Positions 8,161 to 17,221 of a DNA stretch of 64,000 bases are shown in pieces. The stretch comes from an uncultured Methanosarcinales archaeon (GTDB lineage Archaea > Nanobdellota > Nanobdellia > Woesearchaeales > UBA10107). Each line of letters starts with the position of its first letter. Position 1 is the stretch's first letter. Below the pieces are notes generated by a model. It saw nothing but the letters and a program-made list of their open reading frames with translations, was not told where the DNA came from and made no database searches. Both the position numbers and the translations under genes were made by a program. The stretch lies in NCBI GenBank assembly GCA_965231065.1, contig OZ246410.1, positions 193,473-257,472 of the forward strand, read 5' to 3'.

Positions 8161-8233
8161 TGGGGACGCCAGGATTTGAACCCGGATTTGCCGCTCTGGA
8201 GGCGGCAGTACTGCCAGGTTATACTACATCCCC
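8161..8233 (-). tRNA. tRNA-Trp (anticodon CCA), 73 nt
   Basis: Minus-strand read GGGGAUG-UA-GUAU-AACCUGGCA-GUAC-U-GCCGC-CUCCAGA-GCGGC-AAAU-CCGGG-UUCAAAU-CCUGG-CGUCCCC-A; canonical cloverleaf, U33, anticodon CCA. Confidence 0.85.
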
Positions 8234-8259
8234 TTGGCTAAGATTTCTGAATACGATTC

Positions 8260-8604
8260 TTATTTAAAACTTATCCTATCGCCAACAGACGTATTCAATG
8301 AGTTTCCTGCTGACAGTTCAATAATGTACTTTGCTCTGCCGGAAACACACCATCTCCATGGTTTCACATTTCTAACTATTTTCGTAACCTGTTTTTTTCC
8401 ATCCAAGAATAAAATATCAATAGCGAAACGCATAAAGAAGGTATGAATCATTTTATTATTTTCTATATAGAAATTAAATATCATACCACGACCTAGAAAA
8501 GTATCCTTTAATCTGAACATCAAACCAAGTGTTTGATGTAGTGGATTTCTCGCAAATTCAGCTTTTCTTGCCAAAATCCTGCTTTTTGTCACATTCCGTA
8601 TCAT
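8260..8604 (-). CDS. DUF192 (COG1430-type) protein of unknown function
   Basis: 114 aa; LGLMFR...GMIF.F......MHTFFMRFAIDILFLD...KPW pattern is characteristic of the DUF192 fold. Confidence 0.55.
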   Translation of the reverse strand: MIRNVTKSRILARKAEFARNPLHQTLGLMFRLKDTFLGRGMIFNFYIENNKMIHTFFMRFAIDILFLDGKKQVTKIVRNVKPWRWCVSGRAKYIIELSAGNSLNTSVGDRISFK

Positions 8605-8649
8605 CTAAAACCTCTTAATGGCCAGATATAGGCCTTAAATCATCAAATC

Positions 8650-8669
8650 TCCATCGGAAATGAAGGGGT
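8650..8669 (+). promoter_or_regulatory. Origin recognition box (ORB)-like element tccatcggaaatgaaggggt, an exact 20-nt match to the ORB at 20085-20104
   Basis: Dyad TCCA-NNN-GGAAA followed by a G-string AGGGGT, the architecture of archaeal Orc1/Cdc6 ORB sites; identical 20-mer (reverse complement) found in the cdc6-proximal origin region. Confidence 0.55.
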
Positions 8670-8766
8670 ATTTCCCTCTCCAAACTACATATTGACAAAA
8701 CAACAGTATTTATAAATAGGCGGTTGTTTATAAAACTTATAAATCAGCAGTAGTGGGGGGAAATGT

Positions 8767-9333
8767 ATGGCTGAAGAAAAACTTGACATAAAGATAGTAA
8801 ACATCGTTGTAGCGTCTTCTCTAGAACACGATATTCCTTTAGAAAAAATGGCTGCGACATTGAGTAATACCGAATATAATCCTGAGCAATTTCCAGGATT
8901 AGTCATCAGAATCAAAGAACCAAAGACATCTGCACTGATTTTCAGTTCAGGCAAGATCGTCTGCACTGGCGCAAAGACATTAGATGAAGTAAGAAAGTGT
9001 ATTGACAAGATCATACAGAGCCTTGAGAAGATCAATGTAAAGATCACGGTGACACCTGTCATCACGATCCAGAACATTGTCGCATCCGGTTCAATCGGCA
9101 TGGATTTGAACTTGAATTCATTGGCAATGAAGCTCGACAACACTGAATACGAACCAGAACAATTCCCAGGACTCGTATACAAAGTCAAGATCACAAAGAA
9201 TACTGACAAACCATTCAATGCGACATTCTTGTTGTTCAGCAACGGAAAGATCGTCTGTACCGGTACAAAGAGTGAAGAGCAGGTAAAGATAGCCGTACGA
9301 CAGTTGATTGAGAATTTGAAAAAGGTTAAATAA
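8767..9333 (+). CDS. tbp: TATA-box binding protein (TBP)
   Basis: 188 aa with two direct repeats (NTEYNPEQFPGLVIRIKEP...SGKIVCTGAKT / NTEYEPEQFPGLVYKVKIT...NGKIVCTGTKS), diagnostic of TBP. Confidence 0.92.
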   Translation: MAEEKLDIKIVNIVVASSLEHDIPLEKMAATLSNTEYNPEQFPGLVIRIKEPKTSALIFSSGKIVCTGAKTLDEVRKCIDKIIQSLEKINVKITVTPVITIQNIVASGSIGMDLNLNSLAMKLDNTEYEPEQFPGLVYKVKITKNTDKPFNATFLLFSNGKIVCTGTKSEEQVKIAVRQLIENLKKVK

Positions 9334-9342
9334 AAGTACTCT

Positions 9343-11376
9343 TTGGTGAAAGAGGGACCAATGGAGGCTGCTGAACAAGTTAGGAAGTTTGAAGAGTTTT
9401 TTGACATGCACTACAATGCAGAGCTGTCAGAACAGATACGTAAAGGCCTTGATTTTCTCATTGTTGATTTCTCTAAGCTATCCAAATTCGATCCTGAGCT
9501 CGCAACACTATTGCTCGAGGACCCTGAGAATGTTCTAAAAGCGGCAGAGATCGCTGTCAGCAATTTCACCACTACACGACAGCCTTCTAATTTTACTATC
9601 CGCGTCTCAAATCTTCCTGCGACTCAAAGAATAACCATCCGGGACATCAGAAGCAAACACATCGGGAAGATGCTTTCTCTCCAAGGACTAGTAAGACAGA
9701 AGACTGATGTCAGACCGCAGGTCACCAGCTCACGGTTTGAATGTCCTGCGTGCGGCACAGTCATCCCTATCCTGCAATTAGACTCAAAATTCAGAGAGCC
9801 AAGCAGCTGTGGCTGCGGAAGAAAGGGAAAATTCAGACTATTGAGCAAGGAATTAGTCGATGCGCAGGGAATTGTTCTGGAAGAGATTACTGATCAGCTC
9901 GATAGCGGAGAACAGCCAAAGAAAATCAACATATTGCTGAAGAAAGATCTCGTATCACCGTTATCAGATAAACGCACTAATCCTGGAACAAAGATAGCAA
10001 TCGTCGGTATCCTCAAGGAAGTACCCATCTTAGCGCGTGATGGTGGCAAACTCACTAAGTTCGATTTGCTGATTGAGTCAAACTATGTCGAATCCATGGA
10101 AGAAGGATTCAAGGATCTTTTAATCGATGAGGGAGATATGAAACAGATCGTCGCGCTTTCAAAAGACAAATATTTATTCGAGAAATTTACCCTCGGTATC
10201 GCACCAAGCATCTATGGTCACGAAAAGATCAAGGAAGCATTGATTCTTCAGTTAGTGGGCGGAGTCAGACAGATGCGAAAGGACGGTGTTGCGACCAGAG
10301 GAGATATCCACATACTTCTCATCGGTGATCCCGGATCGGGTAAATCTCAGTTGTTGAAACGAATCTCTGTTGTTGCACCAAAAGCACGATATGTGTCCGG
10401 AAAAGGCGCATCAGCAGCAGGATTGACTGCAGCAGTCGTAAAAGATGAATTTTTAGGCGGTTGGAGTCTGGAAGCTGGCGCGTTAGTACTAGCGAATCAG
10501 GGCATCTGCATCATAGATGAGTTAGATAAGATGGGCAAAGATGACCGGGCAGCGATGCACGAGGCACTGGAACAGCAGACAATCTCTATTTCCAAAGCAA
10601 ATATCCAAGCGACACTTCGTTCTGAAACAACATTATTGGCAGCTGCAAATCCGAAGATGGGCCGATTCGATCCATTCGAGCCGATCGGAAAGCAGATTGA
10701 TCTGCCAAATACATTGATCAACAGATTTGATCTCATCTTCCCGATCAAAGACCTGCCGGATGAAGATAAGGATGATAAATTAGCCAGTTTTATCCTTGGT
10801 CTGCACCAAAAAGAGGCAAAAGAACAGGAAATATCGAAAGATCTCCTCAGGAAATATATCGCCTATGCGAAACAGGCGATCGTCCCTAAGCTCACTGATG
10901 AAGCGATGGAAGAGATCAAGAGTTACTATATGAAGATGCGAGCGTCCGGAGAAGGAGAAGGCTCCTATCGTTCTGTTCCTATTTCAGCACGACAGCTTGA
11001 AGCATTAGTACGTCTTGCAGAAGCATCAGCGAAGTTGAGATTAAGCAGCATTGTGGAAAAGAAAGATGCGCAGCGTGCTGTTGAACTGTTACACTACTGT
11101 CTGAGCCAGATCGGTATCGATCCTGAGACAGGTAAGATCGATATCGACAGGATCACGACCGGAATCACCGCTACCCAACGAAATAAAGCGCACAGCATCA
11201 AAGAGATAATTGCTGAATTGGAATCTAAATTAGGAAAATCAATACCGATCGAAGAGATTATGAAGGAAGCAAAAACAAAAGGTATTGAGGATTCTCAGAC
11301 AGAAGAGATCATTGAACGTTTAAAGAGGGATGGCGACTTATTTGAACCGAGACATGGATTCATCTCGAGAATCTAG
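9343..11376 (+). CDS. mcm: MCM replicative helicase
   Basis: 677 aa; N-terminal C4 zinc motif CPACG...CGCG, Walker A GDPGSGKSQLL, Walker B CIIDELDKM, sensor/arginine finger SARQLEALVRLAEA, C-terminal winged helix. Confidence 0.93.
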   Translation: MVKEGPMEAAEQVRKFEEFFDMHYNAELSEQIRKGLDFLIVDFSKLSKFDPELATLLLEDPENVLKAAEIAVSNFTTTRQPSNFTIRVSNLPATQRITIRDIRSKHIGKMLSLQGLVRQKTDVRPQVTSSRFECPACGTVIPILQLDSKFREPSSCGCGRKGKFRLLSKELVDAQGIVLEEITDQLDSGEQPKKINILLKKDLVSPLSDKRTNPGTKIAIVGILKEVPILARDGGKLTKFDLLIESNYVESMEEGFKDLLIDEGDMKQIVALSKDKYLFEKFTLGIAPSIYGHEKIKEALILQLVGGVRQMRKDGVATRGDIHILLIGDPGSGKSQLLKRISVVAPKARYVSGKGASAAGLTAAVVKDEFLGGWSLEAGALVLANQGICIIDELDKMGKDDRAAMHEALEQQTISISKANIQATLRSETTLLAAANPKMGRFDPFEPIGKQIDLPNTLINRFDLIFPIKDLPDEDKDDKLASFILGLHQKEAKEQEISKDLLRKYIAYAKQAIVPKLTDEAMEEIKSYYMKMRASGEGEGSYRSVPISARQLEALVRLAEASAKLRLSSIVEKKDAQRAVELLHYCLSQIGIDPETGKIDIDRITTGITATQRNKAHSIKEIIAELESKLGKSIPIEEIMKEAKTKGIEDSQTEEIIERLKRDGDLFEPRHGFISRI

Positions 11377-11378
11377 AT

Positions 11379-12002
11379 ATGGACCAACCCACACAGTCAC
11401 AGCCCAGACAAACAGCGTACATCGTGAAGGTAGTGGATATTCTCAAAGGAGTGTTTGTTAAAGAATCAGGATGGAATCCGAGCTACATCATGATTGGTGA
11501 TAAACAGGTTGCAAGAGCGAATATTATTGGTGTGATTATCAGTATCGCTGATGCTGAAAATACACAGACCATTGTCATCGATGATGGCACTGGCAAGATC
11601 ACTGCACGGAGTTTTGAGAAAAAATTCACGACCGTAGTCGGTGATGCGGTGATGATGGTCGGCAGGATACGACAATACGGCTCTGAGATATATATAGCTC
11701 CCGAGATCATCAAGAAGATTGATCCGCGATGGAATGCAGTATGGAAGAAGCAAGCATTGAACAATGAAACTGCCGAGCCAAAGACATCAGTAGGACAAAA
11801 AACAGCTGAAATCAAAATCGATGATCATCGTAAGACCAGAACAGAATCAATCATCGATAAGATAAAAGAATTGGATGATGGCAGCGGTGCTGATTATGAA
11901 GCAATCATGAAATTTGTGTCTGATGAAAAGATACTCTCTAATCTCATCCTCAATGGCGAGATCTTTGAGATTAAACCAGGTAAATTAAAAGTTCTTGACT
12001 AA
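11379..12002 (+). CDS. OB-fold + C-terminal winged-helix protein (RPA32/Stn1-like architecture), translationally coupled to mcm
   Basis: 207 aa; OB-fold-like core ANIIGVIISI...TIVIDDGTGKITARSF...VGDAVMMVGRI..YGSEIYIAPEII; C-terminal ~60 aa resemble an RPA32C-type wH; starts 3 nt after the mcm stop. Confidence 0.45.
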   Translation: MDQPTQSQPRQTAYIVKVVDILKGVFVKESGWNPSYIMIGDKQVARANIIGVIISIADAENTQTIVIDDGTGKITARSFEKKFTTVVGDAVMMVGRIRQYGSEIYIAPEIIKKIDPRWNAVWKKQALNNETAEPKTSVGQKTAEIKIDDHRKTRTESIIDKIKELDDGSGADYEAIMKFVSDEKILSNLILNGEIFEIKPGKLKVLD

Positions 12003-12883
12003 TAGAAAAAGGGTGTGATGTATGCTTCGATGATGCCTGCCATCGCGAGGATGAGTAATGATAAAATAATAAGATTTGAAGTATCAAATGCGATCTTCTG
12101 GAAATTTTTTGTCATGATATCTTTTCTCACAATCGAGACTGAAATGATACCACCTGCTAACGCAGCCACAAAATAAGCCATGATTTCAGGGATACCGTGG
12201 ATGAAATAACGTAGTATTGCGCTTGAGTACCCGCCCAGATTAACCAGAACAACATTTCCTTTATTTGAGAAAACATAGCTCTTGATCAATGCACCCATGG
12301 CGACGGAGATAACGGATGCATTCCATGCAAGGATGAATATTGATCCTGCACCGAAGAAAAAGGAGAACAATAAGCAGAACGTCAGAACCTTGACATTATT
12401 AAAAAAGATCTTCGAGAATAATGCGAAGCCACTGGTAGCATAGCTATCGGCGATTCCGTAACTATCGACTCCGGTGACACTCCCCTGAATGGTGGCACCG
12501 CTATTGATATCTGAGATGGTTCGTGTCTGAACTGAAAATATTGATTGACTCATCTCAGAAGGAAGAACTACATACCAAGTCGTGAATGCCAAGGTAATGC
12601 CAATGAATAAAAATACGAAAAATAATAATGCTTTGCCGTGCTCTTCGAGCAATGAACGTTCTTCATCAATGTAATCAATCTTCTCTTCTTCCATCTTGAG
12701 CGTTGTGTAGATCAATGGTATGCACATCATCACCGTAAAGAATACAGAGATGAGTCCGGCATATTCCCTGAACACCCATAAGCTCAAAGCAAGTGCAACT
12801 GATGCATACAAAAATCCGAAAAAGAACATTTCCCATGGATGTTTTTCAGCTGTCCAGGGACTGATTAATGCCTCGAAGACCAT
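11999..12883 (-). CDS. DUF95/SpoIIM-family integral membrane protein
   Basis: 294 aa polytopic membrane protein; conserved C-terminal ILRYFIHGIPEIMAYFVAALAGGII segment typical of the DUF95 (stage II sporulation protein M-like) family. Confidence 0.55.
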   Translation of the reverse strand: MVFEALISPWTAEKHPWEMFFFGFLYASVALALSLWVFREYAGLISVFFTVMMCIPLIYTTLKMEEEKIDYIDEERSLLEEHGKALLFFVFLFIGITLAFTTWYVVLPSEMSQSIFSVQTRTISDINSGATIQGSVTGVDSYGIADSYATSGFALFSKIFFNNVKVLTFCLLFSFFFGAGSIFILAWNASVISVAMGALIKSYVFSNKGNVVLVNLGGYSSAILRYFIHGIPEIMAYFVAALAGGIISVSIVRKDIMTKNFQKIAFDTSNLIILSLLILAMAGIIEAYITPFFY

Positions 12884-12972
12884 TCATTAAAAGTCGTATA
12901 CAGCGTATTTAAAGCTTTCGCAGGGTCTGTAAAAACGAAGCTTTTAAATAACAACTGAGCCTCAGAAATCGC

Positions 12973-13380
12973 ATGGCTGAGATGTATGAAACATTGCTGA
13001 AACGAGGCATGAAACAGCTTCCTGAAGTCGTAGTAGAGATATCTCGGTTCGAGACACCGAAAGTCAAAGGACATATCCAGGGCAATAAGACGATCATCAG
13101 CAACATCAATGAGATTGTCGAGAAATTACGAAGACCTGCTGCGCATATTGTCAAATTCTTGCTCAAAGAATTAGCGACACCGGGCGAGATACGGGGAAAT
13201 TTCTTGGTACTAGGAACAAAAATATCTGCTTCACGAGTCAATGAAAAACTAGAAGAGTATGTGCAGAGATACGTCATTTGCCCGGAATGCAAGAAACCTG
13301 ATACGAAACTGAAGAAAGAAGGCGGATTCACATTCATCATATGTCAGGCATGCGGTGCCAAGAAAACTGTAAAAGAATGA
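12973..13380 (+). CDS. Translation initiation factor 2 beta subunit (aIF2-beta)
   Basis: 135 aa; C-terminal C4 zinc ribbon CPECKKPDT...CQACG and the conserved central helix of e/aIF2-beta. Confidence 0.85.
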   Translation: MAEMYETLLKRGMKQLPEVVVEISRFETPKVKGHIQGNKTIISNINEIVEKLRRPAAHIVKFLLKELATPGEIRGNFLVLGTKISASRVNEKLEEYVQRYVICPECKKPDTKLKKEGGFTFIICQACGAKKTVKE

Positions 13381-13673
13381 TTGTAAAGATACACGAAACA
13401 AAAAATGGAGTGGTCGTCGCAGTCGTAGATAAAGAGCTCATCGGTCAGGTATTCGAAGAAGGAGATCTGCAATTGGATCTGACTTCAAAATTCTATAAAG
13501 GAGATCAGAAAATGCCGGAAGAGATCGGCGATCTCATGCGAAATGCATACGGTGTAAATCTTGTTGGTGAACGAACCATCGCATTAGCGATCGAAGAAGG
13601 CATCATTGATGAAACAGCAGTCAGAAAGATAAAAAACACCCCATACTATCAAGGAACGGTCGATGCTGATTAA
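13377..13673 (+). CDS. DUF424 (COG2412-type) archaeal protein of unknown function
   Basis: About 98 aa starting at MIVKIHETKNG; VVAVVDKELIGQVFEEGDLQL...FYKGDQ pattern matches the DUF424 family; start overlaps the aIF2-beta stop. Confidence 0.45.
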   Translation: MIVKIHETKNGVVVAVVDKELIGQVFEEGDLQLDLTSKFYKGDQKMPEEIGDLMRNAYGVNLVGERTIALAIEEGIIDETAVRKIKNTPYYQGTVDAD

Positions 13674-16600
13674 CCGAACCATGCTCCGAGTCCGACTTGT
13701 TTCTCTTTGTCCCTGCCAAACATCGATTCCAGCCTATATCTGATGAGATCAAGACTGTCTTTCAGATAATCATCACAGCCATATCTCTGTGCGAGACTGA
13801 TGGAGGGTTCAAGATACTTTACGATAGAACCTTCTGAGATGGTAAATATCAACCGACCGCCACATTTGGTGCATTTTCCAACGAGAGGGGTACGACGATA
13901 GCTCTCATTGCAATTAGAGCATCTGAATTTCTGCATCGAGAACTTTCGAAGATTACCTCGTGTATCTTTCATGAAATGTTTTTCGATGACCAATCGAGCG
14001 ACATCGGACATATTGACAGCTCTGATCTTTCGTGCAAGTTCCATCTGTCCCTTTAGTTTTTCTTCAAGCGTCGGTAGTGTTTTATATGCAGAACAATGAG
14101 CTCCTGAGTTAAAATCAGAGACATCATGAGTGAATCCGATACCTTCATACTGGTTTGGCGTGCCTAAGAATTCTCCCAATCGTTTGATACCGACTTCCCA
14201 GGGAGGACTGATCTTCTGGGCTGCTTCGTAGAATTCGAGAGGATATTTCCAGACTACATCGAGTTTATGGATCATATCATCGACTTCTGCGGGGTTGAGG
14301 ATCGCAGTCAGGACTAATGGTGCATCCATAGTTCTTCCGCCTCTGTTGTCAGGTAGAAATTGACGAGAAAAATTCAAAAGTCCATCCATGAGGAGCATAA
14401 CGCAGCACTCATCACCATCACAATCACGTCTCATCGCTGCGTGATACAACGGATGCGCAAGCATGCCCGCGGTCTGTGAAAATCCGATGATCCGTGCGAC
14501 TGTTCCTGCAGAAATATGGGGAGCCAGTCCAATAACGAGGTGTCCGATCAGATCATCTGACTTTTTCAGATTGTAGTACGGTTCTAATCCATAAAATCGT
14601 ACCAAGAGATCATCTACGAAATTGGCGACATTGAATAGTACTTCGCTTGCGGGAGAATCAAGGGTATCTTTTCCTGCAGGAAGAATCATATCCTGTGGCT
14701 TGAGCTCGATGACCTGATCATCATCTACTATCTCATCGCCATGGATATCAACGGTGTATCCAAGTTCCTTGATCTTTGCGACTGTATTTCCTATTTCCTT
14801 CAGTTTGAAATGGGTGATCGGTATCTCTGACATATCGTATCGGGTAGTGCCGTCTTTATTGACAGATACATCATGTCGTGCGCGGAGTATTCCTTTTGCA
14901 AAATGTTCTGGTAGATGATCTTTATTTGCTGTTCCTTTGACTCCTTTGATCATATCGGGGACATTTTTCAGATCAAGCATTTTGAGCACACTATCGTAAA
15001 TTCTGGTAAAATTTATTTCTGTCTGTGCATACGTCCTGTTTTTGCCATGCTGTGGGCAGGTGTCTTTCATCTGTACGCCACAGCTAGCACAATAGAAGCG
15101 TTTCTCTGTCTTCTGTTTACATTGCTCACAAACATTGAAGACAGTATCCCGTTTACAAGCGATGCAATGTCGTAATGGAAATTCGGCATTCACCTTGCCT
15201 ATACCAAGTACTGATTGGAAGGATCGCATTCTGCCACCTTCTTCTCCGACAGGAAATAATACATGCGGTGCACCGATGAGCTTACGCATCTTCGCTTTCT
15301 CAGGGCGTCCCATTCGGGCACCGATGAAGGTTCCTGATTTATCACGGATGGTGATGCCGGAAATGATGCTGAGCAATTCAATGATTGATTTATCTTTACC
15401 TTCTTCGATTATTGCTCTTCGTGCTGGGTTTTTCAGACCAAGCGTATATAAGAATGCCTCTGCATCATCTTTTTCGACGATCGCATCTTCAGTCGCCATG
15501 CTATGCGGCAAACCGATGAGCTCGAGATATCTCTTCTGAGGATCTCCTTTCTTTACCGGAACGATTATCTTCTTTACTTTGTCATCATCGATCTCGATTT
15601 TTGACTTTGATAATAGATCATAAACCTCAAGAAGCTGTTCATGAGACAGAACATTCCAATGATAGGTATATCGCGGATGCAATGGTACATTTAATTTCTC
15701 AGCCATCTTGATTGCTGCTTTAGCAGATAAATGAGCACTTGTTGGATTCTTGAACAGGTGAGCAAGAGTTTCGGTAGGTATTTCGACAAGTGCGGAGAGT
15801 TTCTCAATGTCCAGCGTCCCGAACATACCAATGACTGCTTTCTCGATCTCCTGCACATACCACTCTTCACAATAACCGCAGGGAACTAACGGATGTGCAC
15901 GATCAAAGAAATCACCATAGGAAAACAACATATCTCCCAAGTAGAGTATCTCATCGACCTCTGGGTTAAGCCTCTTAGCTTCATTAAAATCATCAAGTCT
16001 GATCACAGAGCCATTTTCCATCAATACAATCGGGCCTTCAATGGAATCGCAAACTGCGATCGCTGCTGCTTTTCCCGGGCGCTCTACCTTTAGTTGTGTC
16101 CCGATAGCTACGTAATCATCTAAGACAGCCATTGTTGCCGGATGAATACAGGCGGCAGAGTATCCGCTGACTCGTGATCGCCCATACCGTAATCTGAATC
16201 CGCCATGAGCGAGTGGATGTGTCAATACTGGTCTGCCACCAACTAAATCAACGATAAAAGTATTGTCTGCGGAAACTTTCGGCTTGTCATCTTTTTTAGT
16301 TTCTGTCTTTTTTCCTGATTTAACTTCTTTCTGAATCTTCAAAAATGAACCGAGGAAATCCCAATCTAAGCCAAAATCCTTGCCCCATTTCTGTAGTTCT
16401 TTCCATACTTTCGGCGCTTTGAGTGCAAGCATGGAAAGGACCAAACACATCCCTCCTCGTATTTTGTTTGTCGGAATTCGGGGAAGATCCTTGTAGTTGC
16501 TCACATCGAGTTTCTCAGTTGGATCGCCGGTAATCTCGATCGGCAATATCTTTGCAAGATGTTTTGTCTCTTGCTCACTGGGGCGATATTGCAGATTGGT

Positions 16601-17221
16601 GACTCGCTCGTGATAATCCTCGAGCTCTGTAAAAAATCGATTTACTTCATTTGCATCTGGATCATAGACATCATACCCCATGATCTTCCGTATATAATCA
16701 GCCAGTACAACCGAGAACGCAGCGGCGGTGCCTCCAGCGCCTCTCACCGGACCGGCATAGCTCATCGCAAGATATTCCTTGCCATCTTTTCGTTTTTTAA
16801 TATGCAGTTCAACAAATCCTTCTAGCGGAGCTGAGACGATACCAACCGTGTGGTATGCAAATCCTGTCCTGATGCCAACTTCCATCGCTTCACGTTTGTC
16901 TTTGAACGTACAGAATTTTTCTTTTGCTACCTCTTCAGCGATGAGCAAGGCTACTTCCCATGAAAGTGGTTTATACTTCTGCTCGAGTTCATGAATCCTC
17001 TGCGGAACTCCTTTACCAATCAGTTGCGGTGCGACCGCAGAGATTAAACCCTCTACACGCTCTGCCATATTTCTTGCGAGAGGAATATCAACCTTCGGCT
17101 CGGGATCAAATCCCTGTGCACGTGCCTTTGCTGCGATGAGATATGCTTTGTCAGTATCTCTCTCAAGTGCATCAAAGTAGCTCTTCATCTGCTCGCTGCA
17201 GACAATTGAAGTGCCAGTCAT
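13670..17221 (-). CDS. DNA polymerase II (PolD) large catalytic subunit DP2
   Basis: 1183 aa; long conserved PolD-L architecture with multiple zinc-binding Cys clusters (CxxC...CxxC) and a C-terminal Cys cluster; no intein evident; 4-nt overlap with the DP1 gene. Confidence 0.92.
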   Translation of the reverse strand: MTGTSIVCSEQMKSYFDALERDTDKAYLIAAKARAQGFDPEPKVDIPLARNMAERVEGLISAVAPQLIGKGVPQRIHELEQKYKPLSWEVALLIAEEVAKEKFCTFKDKREAMEVGIRTGFAYHTVGIVSAPLEGFVELHIKKRKDGKEYLAMSYAGPVRGAGGTAAAFSVVLADYIRKIMGYDVYDPDANEVNRFFTELEDYHERVTNLQYRPSEQETKHLAKILPIEITGDPTEKLDVSNYKDLPRIPTNKIRGGMCLVLSMLALKAPKVWKELQKWGKDFGLDWDFLGSFLKIQKEVKSGKKTETKKDDKPKVSADNTFIVDLVGGRPVLTHPLAHGGFRLRYGRSRVSGYSAACIHPATMAVLDDYVAIGTQLKVERPGKAAAIAVCDSIEGPIVLMENGSVIRLDDFNEAKRLNPEVDEILYLGDMLFSYGDFFDRAHPLVPCGYCEEWYVQEIEKAVIGMFGTLDIEKLSALVEIPTETLAHLFKNPTSAHLSAKAAIKMAEKLNVPLHPRYTYHWNVLSHEQLLEVYDLLSKSKIEIDDDKVKKIIVPVKKGDPQKRYLELIGLPHSMATEDAIVEKDDAEAFLYTLGLKNPARRAIIEEGKDKSIIELLSIISGITIRDKSGTFIGARMGRPEKAKMRKLIGAPHVLFPVGEEGGRMRSFQSVLGIGKVNAEFPLRHCIACKRDTVFNVCEQCKQKTEKRFYCASCGVQMKDTCPQHGKNRTYAQTEINFTRIYDSVLKMLDLKNVPDMIKGVKGTANKDHLPEHFAKGILRARHDVSVNKDGTTRYDMSEIPITHFKLKEIGNTVAKIKELGYTVDIHGDEIVDDDQVIELKPQDMILPAGKDTLDSPASEVLFNVANFVDDLLVRFYGLEPYYNLKKSDDLIGHLVIGLAPHISAGTVARIIGFSQTAGMLAHPLYHAAMRRDCDGDECCVMLLMDGLLNFSRQFLPDNRGGRTMDAPLVLTAILNPAEVDDMIHKLDVVWKYPLEFYEAAQKISPPWEVGIKRLGEFLGTPNQYEGIGFTHDVSDFNSGAHCSAYKTLPTLEEKLKGQMELARKIRAVNMSDVARLVIEKHFMKDTRGNLRKFSMQKFRCSNCNESYRRTPLVGKCTKCGGRLIFTISEGSIVKYLEPSISLAQRYGCDDYLKDSLDLIRYRLESMFGRDKEKQVGLGAWFG

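Noticed and set aside
8234-8446. 70-aa plus-strand ORF starting at the 5-prime end of tRNA-Trp and overlapping the DUF192 gene antisense
   Set aside because: It begins inside the tRNA gene and runs antisense to a family-recognisable CDS. It has no features of its own.
8461-8480. Third near-copy of the ttctatatagaa palindrome
   Set aside because: It falls inside the DUF192 coding sequence (it encodes MIFNFYIE on the minus strand) and differs by one base from the intergenic 20-mer, so it is probably coincidental rather than a promoter.
12909-13340. 143-aa and 69-aa minus-strand ORFs overlapping the aIF2-beta gene
   Set aside because: They lie antisense to a strongly conserved aIF2-beta CDS with its zinc ribbon, and have no recognisable features.
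13908-16994. Multiple 60-134-aa ORFs on the plus strand inside the PolD large-subunit gene (13908-14099, 14915-15175, 15135-15539, 15893-16093, 16559-16825, 16779-16994)
   Set aside because: They lie antisense to a long, well-supported conserved CDS. Their compositions look like reverse-frame artefacts (Ser/Cys/Phe-rich, no motifs). They are shadow ORFs.
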